Below, in pieces: positions 36,863 through 49,475 of a DNA stretch of 64,000 nt (position 1 is its first letter; each line of letters starts with the position of its first letter). Under the pieces are notes generated by a model. It was not told where the DNA came from and searched no databases. It saw nothing but the letters and a program-made list of their open reading frames with translations. The translations under genes were made by a program, and so were the position numbers. The stretch is from Mobula birostris. Its lineage: Eukaryota. The stretch lies in NCBI RefSeq assembly GCF_030028105.1, contig NC_092384.1:67831548-67895547 (forward strand), read 5' to 3'.

Positions 36863-37522
36863 GGAGAAGATGGCGGCGCAAGGGCAGCGCACGTGACCTT
36901 TCCGGTGATGAATATCTGTTATCTGTCAAGTAGGGGATCGTGCACAATCCTGATTTGATGGAGACAGATGTGAGAGTACGGAGGAACATCTGGAAAACTT
37001 CTGAAATACCCGCTTCGCTGTTGCTGCTACTGTGTGGTAACCGGAATCTCTGGAGCAGAAGGCCCCAAAATCCTCAGCTTTGTTTGTTTCAGCGGCCAGG
37101 GCGAGTTCGAAGGCGCTCGGCAGAGGATGGCGCTTGGGAGGCTGTATCAGAGGGGCTGGTTGGAGGCTCGAAGTTTTCAGACGGATGGACTCGGTGTCGG
37201 CTGCTTCCAAGGCATCGGCAGGTTGAAGGTGCCTGGAGGTTTATGGCAGGGAGTTTCTCCGTTTTGCCACTGCTATCGGGGACTTGGGGACTTTTGAGAC
37301 TTTTTTTTATCGTGCCCATGGTTTGTTCTTCATCAGATTATGGTATTGCTTTGCACTGCTGTAAATATATGTTATATTTATGTGGTTCTGTCAGTGTTAG
37401 TCTTTGGTTTGTACTGTTTTCTGTGATATCACTCCAGAGAAACAAACATTGTATCATTTCTTAATGCATGTATGCATTTCTAAATGACAATAAAAGAGGA
37501 CTGAATGTTCTCATAATCTAAA
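36863..37522 (+). mobile_element. Non-coding LINE-derived non-autonomous retroelement with CpG-rich 5' end
   Basis: Starts with AAGATGGCGGC; CpG-rich body; T-rich 3' region; AATAAA followed by the LINE-like tail GAGGACTGAATGTTCTCATAATCTAA; no TE protein similarity recognised. Confidence 0.6.
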
Positions 37523-37991
37523 AAATTACAGAAGAACACTTCTTTACTCAGTCCAAGCCAAGTTTTCAGAGAATACAAACAAACAAGAGAGTGAGATTTT
37601 TAGTGATACAAGGGACTACAGATGGAATCTGGAGCTGCACACAGATGGAATCTGAGTGAACCTAGCAGGTCGGGCAGCTATTGTGGAGGGAAACAGACAG
37701 TCGATGTTCCTGTTGTCCTCTTTTGTTTGTCTTTTAGGAGAAAGAAGATCAGAATGAATAATTGTCTTTTGTAGCGTAACCCTGGAAATCATGTTGCTCA
37801 CTTTTGCCATCTCCTAAAGGTTCTCAATGCTACTTGAACAATCTGATGTCGGTGGACCACATGTGCACATAGCTTACACAATGCAATTTTTACTCGACTT
37901 ATTTGATTGAATGTCACATCATTACATGAATAGACATTGGACACTTACACATTGCATACACCTCTCCAATTTAAACTAGAGATCACTAATA

Positions 37992-38458
37992 TGAACCCCA
38001 CCATCAAGGACATATATATAGAAAGGTGCTGGAAAAGGGCCAGTAACATCATGAAGGATCCCACCCACCCTGCTCCTGGTCTGTTTGTCCACCTCCCATT
38101 AGGGAGGAGGCTACATCGCATCCATGCCAGGACCACCAGACTCAAAAACAGTCACTTTCCCCAAGCAGAAAGGCTGACCAACAGCTCCAACCACTAACCC
38201 ACCACTCCGCATCCCCCACCACCTCTACTTTATCTCTTCCTGTCAATCATATTATGCACAGACACTCCTGTGTCTAGCATCACTTTGTGGACATACATAA
38301 GCTATCTAATGTATTTATAGCTATTATGTTTTTTTTAAATTATTGCATTCTTTTATCTCATTATGTTTTTTCTTTGTGATGCATCAGATCTGGAGTAACA
38401 ATTACTTTGCAGTCCATTACACCTGTGAACTGGAAATGACATTGCTAATCTTGAATCT
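37992..38458 (+). mobile_element. Rex1/Babar-type LINE 3' fragment, same family as 8668-9235
   Basis: IKDIYIERCWKRASNIMKDPTHPAPGLFVHLPLGRRLHRIHARTTRLKNSHFPQAERLTN. Confidence 0.82.
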
Positions 38459-38842
38459 TCCTCTTAACATTTTTGAAGGATTTTTCATAATCCTCTATCT
38501 TCACTCCAAAGATCTCTACCTGCACTTCACCATATTAGATACCTGTTCTGTTCCTGACTTTGGCCATTCTCCCACTGAGGTACTTTCTCAAGTGTTGGAA
38601 AGCATCATTGAGCCACAGGGTTGTGGTGGTGGGCTCAAGCCTTGCCTACTAATTGTCCCAGTACAATGCTGTTAGAGATACCGTGGTGTTAAGGAGTCTC
38701 TTTGAATGAAATGTTCAGTCCAAGTAAATGCAAATGATGTTTTGGCACTATTTCAAATGATAACAGAGGATTTCTCCCAGGTGTTCACACTAACATTTAT
38801 CCCTCAATGAAAAATCCTAAAAAAGATTATCAGATTATTAGA

Positions 38843-38962
38843 CACAAGAGATTCTGCAGATGCTGGAAATCTTGATTTACCCCTTGGCCTGAAAATGTTG
38901 ACTGTTTATTTCCCTCCACAGATGTTGCTTGATTTGTTGAGTTTCTGCAGCATTCTATGTGT
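38843..38962. mobile_element. Rearranged PLE terminal-repeat derivative
   Basis: ACACAAGAGATTCTGCAGATGCTGGAAATC is followed by the opposite-strand repeat (GGCCTGAAAATGTTGACTG...CAGCATTCTATGTGT). Confidence 0.7.
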
Positions 38963-41431
38963 ATCCATCACATTTATTTTAGGTGGGAGCTTGTATAATG
39001 CATGCCTTGTATTTCAACAGTGACCACATTTTATATTAATAGTACCTAATAATTGATTTGAATCCTAAAATCCCAGCTACTCATGGCAAGTAAAGCCTTC
39101 AGCCTGCCGTATTGATGCCATCTAAAAAGGAGCCATACTTACTAGTTCTCAGCTGCTATATAAATCCAATTGTTTCCTTTTTTCCATTCCCTCTGTAGAC
39201 GAACAGCCAGTTGACAATTAAAGTTGGCATTAGTGACACACAATATGCTAGCAGGAGCTCAGAAGGCACTCAAACCTGCACCACTACAACTCAAATAAAT
39301 TTTAAATGATTCTGAAAATTATTTTCAAAGTTGGGCACACCAGGCATGTTAGTTAACTTCTTCACCCTTATTTGTAAGAAGTATCCTTTTCATGCAAACC
39401 TTTAACAAAGTACATATATTCTGACTTTAATATTAATGTTCAGTGTAGAGTGTTAATAATAGATGGCTGCTTTCATAAAAACGGCTTTGACCCTTAAAAA
39501 CTACCAGTATTTTAATGATTAAAAACTGAAGTACTAAATATTACATTATAGGAATTTATAACAATCATCTTCTAGAAATTTGCTCAGTGATTTTTTCCCT
39601 TATCTTAAATCTGTGTGTGTGTCTGGTGCAGAGTTAGCTGACTAAAATAATATATAGCAGGGGTAGATCAGAACAAGTGTTCTGTTCAGAGATAAGCCTC
39701 TATTCATTTCTCCATTGTTAAACCATTTGTACTTTGGCATGAGTGGAGTTCACTTGCTTGATGCAGTAAACTATACAATATCTATTAGATTACAGTCACA
39801 GTGCAGGATTTAGAAATGAGATTTTGAAGGCTTTGTAATTTTGTAAATGTGTCGTTATTCCTTTAGCCAGTGATGTGATAAAATTGAAAAATAACTACTG
39901 CAAACACAATGGCATGCTGAGTTCCTTTCCTTTACTCAGAGAATGATTGCAGAGTAAATCAGTCGGTAATAGATGGAGGTTTGAATCCCATGCTGTGGTA
40001 ACATGTATAAAATATGTTGCATATTGAAATTAATTTAATCAGTAATGGGCTATTTTCATTTACTTTAGAAACTTTGCTGTGGCCAACAGTTACTAAATAA
40101 AATTTTGGTTACATGACATCCCAGATTGTATTTGACAAAGGGGACAGGTGCATTAGAATAAAATTCTGTGGTGATCCTTCACTCTGTCAGCCATGAATAT
40201 TTTATTGCCTAATGAATCATCTTTTTAAAATGAAGTTTCTTGTTATAGTGTCACTGATGTTTAAAACAAAAAAAAATCTGCTCTCTGAAATCAGAACTCT
40301 GGAACATGCTGACTCATACAAAATTACTTAAAAGGTGGTAACACTGGATTGATATACCATCAGGTATGCTTTACTGGTGTGAGTCACTGGAATTTAATCA
40401 ATACCAATATGATTATACCCATGCGGCAATTATAAATTATTTAAAGCAGTATCCATAGGTTACTGACTTGTTGCCTTTAAATTAAATTCTCTGTCAATAA
40501 TTGATGCAAAGAATTAATCTGAGAACACCTTCCAATGCTGGAACTTTTTGTTTGTGGCATGGTGTATTGAATTACTGTCCGTCACAAGTCAGTGCCCTCA
40601 TCTTCTTGTCTCTTCCCCACACACTTCAGCTTTTGCCAAAGTAGTCTCGATGTCTTCATAAAGGGAACAAATGCATTGTTTTTTTTTCTCTGGAGAAGTC
40701 AGAAGCAGCAGAAGGATTTTATATCCCTTCTTGTGCCTAGGGTTTCCTTATATTCTGTCTCATTTCACTAGATGCCTGATAAATCATGATTGATAAATTT
40801 GAGTGAAGTCTGCAAAGGAGGCTAGAAAGCATATTTTTCAGAAAGGCAAGTTTCTTTTGGATTTTTACATAAGATATACAGGATAAATACAGGCCCTTTG
40901 CCAGCGCATATTCTCTAAATGAGCTTCCCCTCACCTTTACTCGTTGAGGTGTATTTACATAACTCATAATTTCATCTCCCTCATACAAGTGCCTGACTAT
41001 CCATTAAAAGTGCCCATTCTGTTCACTTTAGCCAATTGCTGTATTTGGTGGAAGACTTTTTTTGTTTTCTCATTTCCTGCTGGGTTACTTAGGGCTATCT
41101 TAAATTGTCTACAGTGGAAGCGACATATACTTTTACCATTGCCTCGATCAAAATATTTTGTCACTTTAAACACCTCTCTTAGGTCAGTCTTGGTCTTCAG
41201 AAAAATAAGACTTACGCTATAAATACAATTGTGATATGTACTCTTGTGTTTGTATTTTCATTCTTGAAAAGCTTCTCTGTGCACTTTTAATTGTCTTTTT
41301 GTCCTTTTAATAAAAGGGTGGCCAGAGTGCACTATGAATTCTGAAGGAAGTGTAACCAAGGTTCAGTATAGTTATAGTTATATCCCTACTTTTAATTTTT
41401 GTCCATCTGGAAGTGAACACTAGTGACTACT

Positions 41432-42015
41432 TTCTTTCTTTTTTCTGAGGGCTCTGTTGGTCAGGGTTGACCATGGGTGTTCAGTTCGAGCTGTTTAGAT
41501 ATGCAAAGCAAGGGCAGTACAATATGAAGAGCAAACTGTTGCCCAAGTAGCAAGCTCCCCCTCCCCCATGCATCTGATAAACCCAAAGGAGCAACAGCGA
41601 CCAATACAGTTTGGCACCAGCAACGTCACGGGAGTTGCCTGTCGGTGTTGGACTCACCGTAGGACTGCCTTAGGGACTCCAGCTCCAGAGATTTTCATCA
41701 GGATTTACTCCTGAAGCCTTTCCCATGAGTGGGTATAACCACAAGGCAGCGAGGTTTGAGATCAGAGTTTTCCTTCTCCTAGATGAGCTGCCAACCATGG
41801 CTGATGAGCCCCATCTGCCCAGAGCAACTGGTTTTAAGGTGCCGTTAACCTGCCTTTGCCCCTTCTCTTGTCAGTAGAAACAGTTCCATGGAGCTTAGTA
41901 GCTAAGCCACATGTGAAGGCTAGAAGCTGGACTTGCTTGTCAGGAGCTATTTGAGTGCACACCATTGGGAGCATTTAGTAGGTAGTGGGAGATTATCCCC
42001 ATTACCATCCCCGGC
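41432..42015 (-). mobile_element. Probable RTE-related non-autonomous retroelement
   Basis: Minus strand GAAGGAAAACTCTGATCTCAAACC; shares TTGCCCA..TAGCAAG.CTCCCC and TTGGCACCAG blocks with the SINE at 50654-50965; (AAAG)n-like tail. Confidence 0.5.
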
Positions 42016-42504
42016 TAAAACAATCTTAAGGAATCTTCCTTTGTAGCCTTGACTACTGGTGCCACAATTTTTAGTGATTGTTATACGTCTGCTGCGAGAT
42101 CCTCTTGTTCTGTAGTACAACTGGATTTGCACCATTATATCAAAATGGACCTCTGTTACTTGTAAGTAAAGGACTGTTAACATTTAAAAGATTACCATAA
42201 TCTCTGTGGCAAAAATGATTGATGGTAATATATAAATGTTTTTTTGAGGCACAGTGGCTCAAGTATTGAAACACATCACACGTATTAAGAAGGCTTTTGT
42301 TATTGGGCTGTATTCCCAGTTCGTTGCACAAGGTGTTCCATATTTACCATTGCAGTCTTAATGAAGGGTATGAAGGTGAAGTGTGGGAATTTCCTCATGC
42401 AGACAAAAACCCAAAAAAAATGACAGACAGGGTCTCTCTTGTATGTCTCCAATTAGCAAGCTGAACAGCTCAATGATACACTGCCTGCTAAAGTGATACT
42501 GCCC

Positions 42505-44465
42505 CGCCTCCTTCCCTTTCTCCCATGGTCTACACTCCTCTCCTATCAGATCCCTTCTTCTTCAGCCTTTTTTCACCTATCACCTCCCAGCTTCTTACTT
42601 CATCCCACCTCCCTCCTCATCTGGCCTCACCTATCTCCCGGCAGCTTGCACTCCACCTTCTTATTCTGGATTCTTCCCCAACAAGAGAAAATCTGCAGAT
42701 GCCGGAAATCTAACAAAATGCTGGAGGAACTCAGCAGGCCGGGTGGCATCTATGGAAAACAGTACAGTTGACTTTTTGGGCCGAGGCCCTTCATCAGGAC
42801 TGGAGAAAAAAAAGAAGAGGAGTCAGAGTTAGAAGGTGGGGGGAGGGGAGGAAGAAACACAAGGTTATAGGTGAAATGGAGGGATGAAGCAAAGAGCTGG
42901 GAAGTCGATGGATGAAAGAGATCAAGGGCTGGAGAAAGGGGAATTGGATAGGAGAGGACAGAAGGCCATGGAAGAAAGAAAAGGGGAAGGAGCACCAGAG
43001 GGAGGTGATGGGCAGCTGAGGAGATAGGGTGACAGAAGGAAAGGGGAATGGGGTATGGTGAAGGAGAGTGGGGGACATTAGCGGAAGTTCGAGAAATTGA
43101 TGTTCATGCGATCAGGTTGGAGACTACCCAGATGGAATATAAGTGGTTGCTCCTCCAACCTGAGTGTGGCCTCATCGTGACAGTAGATGAGGCCGTGGAC
43201 AATCCTGATGAAGGGTCTCGGCCCGAAAGGGGACAAGCTCTCCTCTACAATCACTCTGAGCACCGGTGCCCCACAAGGCTGTGTACTCAGCCCCCTGCTG
43301 TACTCACTGTACACCCATGATTGTGTAGTCAAGTTTCCATCAAACTCAATACATAAGTTTGCTGATGACACAACAATTGTAGGCCATATCTCGGGTTATG
43401 ATGAGTTTGAGTACAGAGAGGAAATTAAGAACCTGGTGGCATGGTGCAAAGACAATAACCTATCCCTCAACGTCAGCAAGACGAAGGAATTGGTAGTTGA
43501 CTTCACAAGGAGTAGCAGACCGCATGACCCAATTTATATCGGTGGTGCACAAGTGGAACAGGTCAAAAGCTTTAAGTTCCTTGGGGTCAATATCACAAGT
43601 GACCTGACTTGGTCCAACCAAGCAGAGTTCACTGCCAAGAAGGCTCACCAGCGCCTTTACTTCCTGAGAAAACTAAAGAAATTTAGCCTGTCCCCTAAAA
43701 CCCTCACTAATTTTTATAGATGCACTATAGAAAGCATTCTTCTAGGGTGTATCACAACCTGGTATGGAAGTTGTCCTGTCCAAGACCAGAAGAAGCTGCA
43801 GAAGATCGTGAACATGGCGCAGCACATTACACAAACCAACCTTCAGTCCTTGGACTCACTTTACACCGCACACTGTTGGATCAGTGCTGCCAGGATAATC
43901 AAGGACACGACCCACCCAGCCAACACACTCTTCGTCCCTCTTCCCTCCAGGAGAAGGTTCAGGAGCTTGAAGACTTGTATGGCCAGATTTGGGAACAGCT
44001 TCTTTCCAATTGTGATAAGACTGCTCAACGGATCCTGACCCGGATCTGGGCCGTACCCTCCAAATATCTGGACCTGCATCTTGTTTTATTTGTACTACCT
44101 TACTTTCCATTTTTCTAATTTTTCTATTTATGATTTATAATTTAAATTTTTAATATTTACTATCGATTTGTAATCCAGGGAGCGGGAAGCGCAGAATCAA
44201 ATATTGCTATGATGATTGTACGTTCTAGTATCAATTGTTTGGTGACAATAAAGTATAAAGTAAAGTAAATGTTGACTATATACTTTTCTATAGATGTTGC
44301 CTGTCTTGCTGCGTTCCTCCAGCATTTTGTGTGTTTTGCCTGAATTTTCCCCCTTCCCTTCCTGTCCTGATGAAGTGTCTCAGCCCGAAATGTTGGCTGT
44401 TTATTCCCCTCTGTAGATGCTGACTGACCGGCTGAACTCTTACAGTATTTTGTGTGTGTGTTGCT
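42505..44465. mobile_element. Nested cluster: outer PLE terminal repeat (+), inner PLE remnant (-, 42681-44345), Rex1/Babar LINE (+)
   Basis: The outer repeat breaks at TTCCCC (42674-42679) and resumes at TTCCCC (44347-44352), followed by CTGATGAAG...GAAA. The inner copy has the GIY-YIG ORF end on the minus strand (EATLRLEEQPLIFHLGSLQPDRMNINFSNFR) and an inverted repeat split by the LINE. Confidence 0.8.
43229..44269 (+). mobile_element. 5'-truncated Rex1/Babar-clade LINE (RT C-terminal half + 3'UTR + TAAAG tail), young copy
   Basis: Uninterrupted frame STGAPQGCVLSPLLYSLYTHDC...KFADDTTIVG...LNVSKTKELVVDF...KKAHQRLYFLRKL to the stop at 44038; AATAAA at 44247; (TAAAG)n tail to 44269. Confidence 0.92.
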
Positions 44466-45424
44466 CTGTTCCCATCAGCTTAGCCATGGAATGGACCCAA
44501 ACAGAATGCAGCTAAGATGAAAACTGGTTATGCAGCAATTTTCTGATTATTGTACATTGTGCATGAGATTACATCCTCTGGATGATCCAAAGGTTCTTCA
44601 GAACAATGAACTTCGACACATTGTCTAGTTTTTGTCTCATTCCCATTTGAGGGAGCAGATTTTATGCGAATTGGCCCTGAATTTCTGACATGGCAGTAAC
44701 TTGGTTGCAGAATACTTTATTTAGAGATCCTATTCATGAAAGGCTTTGAGTAAAAGCAGAGCAGCATGTTATTTTGTTCTTTTTATTCTTTATTCTGCCT
44801 TTGTTCCATCTTCTTTCTTGTTTACTTTTCTATCCCCTTTATGCATTCTTTTCTTCCCTCTTACTGCTTTCTCTCTTCCTCTCTATGCTCTTCTCTATTC
44901 CTTGATTTCTGATAATGTTAACTTTCAGCCTGTGGAGAAATGCAGGGAGGAAGGATATCATAGTCTCAGTGGGATTACTTTTTAACTTAATAAGCTTCTG
45001 CTTTAAATCACGAACTGCATGTTTGTAGCCCAAATTACACCCAAAGGGAATTGCTCCCTCCATTGGGTAGTGAAATCCCTTCTCTCAAATGCAGTGTAAA
45101 TCTGTTGATATACAATATATTTTGTGAGATTAATGTGCACGTTTAGACATATTTCAATAAAATATATTAAGTATTGCTTATTTTAATGAAAAGTACCAAA
45201 TTTTAACCCTTTTGACAACCGTGCAGTGATGCAGTGGCAAAGTGGTGAAGTTTATTAGACCAGTATCCAGAGAGCTAGAATTCCACCTCAGCATCTGTAG
45301 CATTTAAATTTCTAAATTGAATTAACTAAATTGAAAATATATCAATATAACCTAGTATTGGTGAACTCAGATCTGTTGAATTGTTGTTGTTGAAGCAGCA
45401 CAAGAAAGTGGCATTCATCAGCAA

Positions 45425-45830
45425 GGGCACCCCACCATCCAGGACCTGATCCCTTATCACTACTACCATCAGTCAGGAGGTACCGGAGTATTAGGTCCCA
45501 CACCACCAGGTTCAGGCTGTGGAACCAGTGTGGATAACATCACTCACCTCAGCACTGAACTGCTTCCACAACATATGGGCTCACTTTTAAGGACTTTGCA
45601 GCTCATGATCTCAGTATTATTTATTTAGTTGTTCTGTTTTCACAGTTTATCTTACTTTGCACACTACGCTGTTGGTTTGTCAGTCTGCATGTATGGTCTT
45701 TCACTGATTCCATTGTATTTTTATGTTCTGCTGTGAATGTCTGCAAGAAAATGAATCTCAAGGTGGTATATGGTGGCATATACCGGTATGTACTTTGATA
45801 ATAAATTTACTTTGAATTTTGAACTTTGAC
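45425..45830 (+). mobile_element. Rex1/Babar-type LINE 3' fragment
   Basis: CCCCACCATCCAGG...AGGAGGTACCGGAG...CACACCACCAGGTTCAGG; AATAAA followed by TTTACTTTGAA tail. Confidence 0.75.
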
Positions 45831-46732
45831 ATTGGAACAGTTTACCAGTTCACTCATGGAACTCTGTTGACACAGACTTGCTTGACTGGTCTGTTAATTT
45901 ATCTGTTAAGTGCTATTAAGAGCTATAGAAATTGAAAATGTTGGAGAAACTTACATTAGGCAGCATCAGTGAAAAGAGAAAGAGTTAATGTTTCAGATTG
46001 AAGATATTTTGTTAGAAATGGGAATGGTTTAGTTGGAGGAGTTGAGTTTCGTGTTGGACATGCATTTAAGGAAAATGATTCACATGGTTATGGGTTTAGA
46101 GAAGTAGAATTTGGGAGGGTTTGATTGCAATACCAGGCCAATAGCTATAGATGATTAATTACTTTTAGGCCTTTTCTGATACTGTTTGGTGCAGTACATT
46201 ACTCTCCATCTTAGAAACTAACCTGTTTAAAAACATTGACCCCTGCTCCTTCTGAGATGTCCGTAGGATGATGCCAGATTGATTGTTGGTGTACTTTTGT
46301 CTTATATGTTATTTTCCTCTATATCTAGTGGATAATTTGAGCTTCTTAACAGAAATAGGTTTAATATCACTGACCTGTTAAAAGTGAGCAAAATTGTGAG
46401 GTCGTGTTAGTGGGTTCATGGACCACTCAGAAATCTGATGGAGGAGAAAAAGCTGAACCTTAAATGTTGACTGTGTGTCTTCAGGCTCCTCTAACTCCTC
46501 ACCAATGGTAGTAATGAGAAGAAGACATATCACTGATTGTGATACAACTTGAGTAACATTCTATCACAGGGAATATTTGCTTTTGGAGTCATGGACAAGG
46601 GGATATAGTTACAAGATAAGGAGCCAGTCATTTAGAACTGAGGTGCATTGATTTTCCTCCCAGAGTGTGTTGTGAATCTCTGGGATTCTGTCCTAGAGGA
46701 GTGTGGAGGCCAGATCATTAGATATCCTTAAG

Positions 46733-47194
46733 GCAGACATGGTCAAGAGGTTCAGTTGTTGTTCAGATTAAACATCAGAATGGGGAAGAAATGTGATCTG
46801 AGTGACTTTGACCATGGAATGACTGTTGGTGCCACACGGGGTGGTTTAAGTATATCAGGAACCGCTGATCTCCTGGGATTTTCATGTACAACGGTCTTTA
46901 GAGTTTACAGAGAATGGTGCGAAAAAGTCCAGGGACTGACAGATCTGTGGGTGCAAGTGCCTAGCTAATGAGAGAGGTCAGAGGAGAATGGCCAGACTGG
47001 CTCAAGTCAACAGGAAGATGATCAGTAACTCAAATAACCATATGTTACAACAGTGGTGTGCAGAAGAAAATCTATGAACACACAACACGTCAAACCTTGA
47101 AGCAGATGGGCTACAGCAGCAGAAGGTCACAAACATACACTCAGTGGCCACTTTATTCGGTACAGGAAGTAGCTAATTAAGTGGTCATTGAGTG
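46733..47194 (+). mobile_element. Tc1-like deletion derivative, copy 3 (left end missing), inside a CR1 3' fragment
   Basis: MGKKCDLSDFDHGMTVGATRGGLSISGTADLLGFSCTTVFRVYREWCEK; right TIR ends GAGTG followed by TA. Confidence 0.85.
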
Positions 47195-48554
47195 TAGATT
47201 TTAAGATGGACATAGATAAATACTTGTCAGATTGAGGAGCTAAGGGTTATAGGGAACTGGTACAGAAGAGGAATTGAGACCAGGATAGATCAACCATGAA
47301 GATATATGGATAAGTTTTGAGGTCCTGCTCCATTTTTCTTCGGATGTTATGTTGTATATCACCCTGTCTAGGAAATTGTGCAGACACCTGGGCAATAGAG
47401 CTTCTAGCAGCCTGTGAAAATGTTTGCTCCAGTTTGATGCATCCGGTTCTTAACAGTGTGAATCTTTTAATGTGTTTTGTTTTGCCCTGATCATAAGTGA
47501 ATAGCATTCTGTGCCAAATAGGAATATTCACTTAAAAGGATCCTATCATAGTTGAAATAAAATATGATACTATAAAAGAAAAACAATTTCCTTAAGATCA
47601 GTCAGTATAAGATGTAATATTGCTCCATAATTTTAGAGTCTAGCTTCTCAAACTTCCTGAAAAATCAATTGCTGTTACTGGTAATTATTCATTTTACTGT
47701 CCTTGCTCAGTTGGGCTTGGGATGTTTTCACTTGGTTGCCAGTAGAAAGATCGTATGCCATAAAAAAAAGACCTTTAAACGATGAGGCATTGTAAACTTG
47801 ACTGCTTTCATATGGATTGAGCTATCCCAAATAAAGATCTTGAGCAGGTAAACTGCCCTGTGACTCTGCAAAGGTTAGAAACAAGTATGTGTGTGTTAGA
47901 ACAAAGGGTGCAAGGGTGTGTGCCTGCTGACATGATGAAGGAAGCCCTGAACACTGCCAGAGATGTAGGACCTTCACTGCTGTCCTAAATGCCAGTGGCA
48001 TAATGGGCAGTAGGTACTTGTTTAGCCCTAATTGAGTTTGGATGAAATCACCATAAACCAACCTTATCCCTTTGGTACAGTGCAGGTGATGTCCATTCTT
48101 CGCAGACGGTCTTGAGCTTAGCAGCTGTTTGAGTCACTGTTTTGTTCCCTGTGACCTTTTCAAGTTGGTTAAAGTCACAGTGAGACTCCAGTAGTATAGC
48201 ACGAACACTTTTGTGGTCTGTAATAAAAAGAAGCTCTAGTACGGTTCAAGGAAAGGTTTAATGCAAGTAATGTCAGAAATGAGAGGCTACAGCTCTCAGA
48301 TCAAGTTGAACAGACTGAGGCTCTTTAGAAACAAAAAGGCTAAGTGCTAATCTGATGGGAATCATTGAGATTTTGATAGGATTGAAATGCCGACTTGGAT
48401 CAACTTGGATCATTTTTGGGGACATAAATTTAAGTTATAGAATTCAGGCGGAAATTCTCACCAAGTGAGGTGTTGCAGGGCATAACTTCCTTTCATAAGA
48501 AGAAGTGAACAGAAAATGTATATTGAAGGAAGGCTAAATAAGGAGAAATAAGTT

Positions 48555-48935
48555 ACTTACTGCCCATTATGCTGCTGTCCTCCATCTCTGTACAGGGCTT
48601 CCTTCATCACGTCAGTAGCTTCCTCTTGGGTTTCACTACTGTCTATCACGCAAGTCCCAGATGGGGACTCAGGAATACCGTTGCACTCAGATGTAGGATT
48701 CTTCATTGCTGTTTCCAAAACAACTTTGTTTTACTGGTCAGGATTGTTAGCCCTGAGGTGAGCCCCCGAACCCAGGAGGACAGGTGGACCACTCTTAGTC
48801 TGGCCTCTACCTTTTGACCAGTTTGGCGTGGGTGACCCTACCAAGAGCCAAAGCATAAAGCCCTGACTCCAGCCTACATAGTTCTTCAGGACGTTGAGGC
48901 ATACAGCCCAGCAAACCCAATGACAATGTTGTGGT
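48555..48935 (-). repeat. Interspersed repeat family, probably a non-autonomous retroelement; also at 35278-35560 and 47960-48015
   Basis: Shared GGAGGAC.GGTGGACCAC.CTTAGTCTG.CCTCTACC.TTT.ACC.GTTT.GC.TGGGTGACCCTAC and CCCTGACTCCAGCC blocks. Confidence 0.7.
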
Positions 48936-49475
48936 CCTCTTGTAGAAGAGGGAACAATAAATAAAGGTGTTTTCACTGAGATGAGAGTCTTGTGCACCAA
49001 CATAGACAACTTTTTGAATTGTAATTACTTTGTAAATCAAAGCCCAGTATGTTCAAATAAGTACAAATGGGGCAATGTCAATACTACTCATGCCTAACCT
49101 TTTCCTTTGAGTTCCTCAGAAGCAGGGCCTAAAGTCTAAGACTGTATTTGTGAATTTCCTCTCCTGAAAGTTCCATTAAATTTAGATCTATGGGGGCTGG
49201 ATTCCTTCCAATTCCTGACTGTTTTTATATGTGGGTCCAGGTGTTCTGTCTGAGCAGGCTTTTCATATTGGAGAGAAACCAAAGCTAGATCAAGCCACGT
49301 GCTTACTGCACAACTCTGTCTATCTGCACGTACATTCAGATGCAAGTGGCTTAATTTTTAATGTGGATGTGGCTGGCAAGATCAATGTCTATTATCCATA
49401 ATACCTCTGAATTGAAAGCTTAAGCCTAATGATATCAAAGTTCAGAAGACAGGTCATTATAAAAGATTTTTTTTT

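Noticed and set aside
36940-37464. 174-aa ORF
   Set aside because: Lies inside a GC-rich repeat where stops are rare; overlapping ORFs in several frames and no domain.
42765-42802. Hammerhead motif on the minus strand
   Set aside because: The invariant GAAA is mutated to AAAA and stem I is mismatched, so it is predicted inactive and counted only as a relic.
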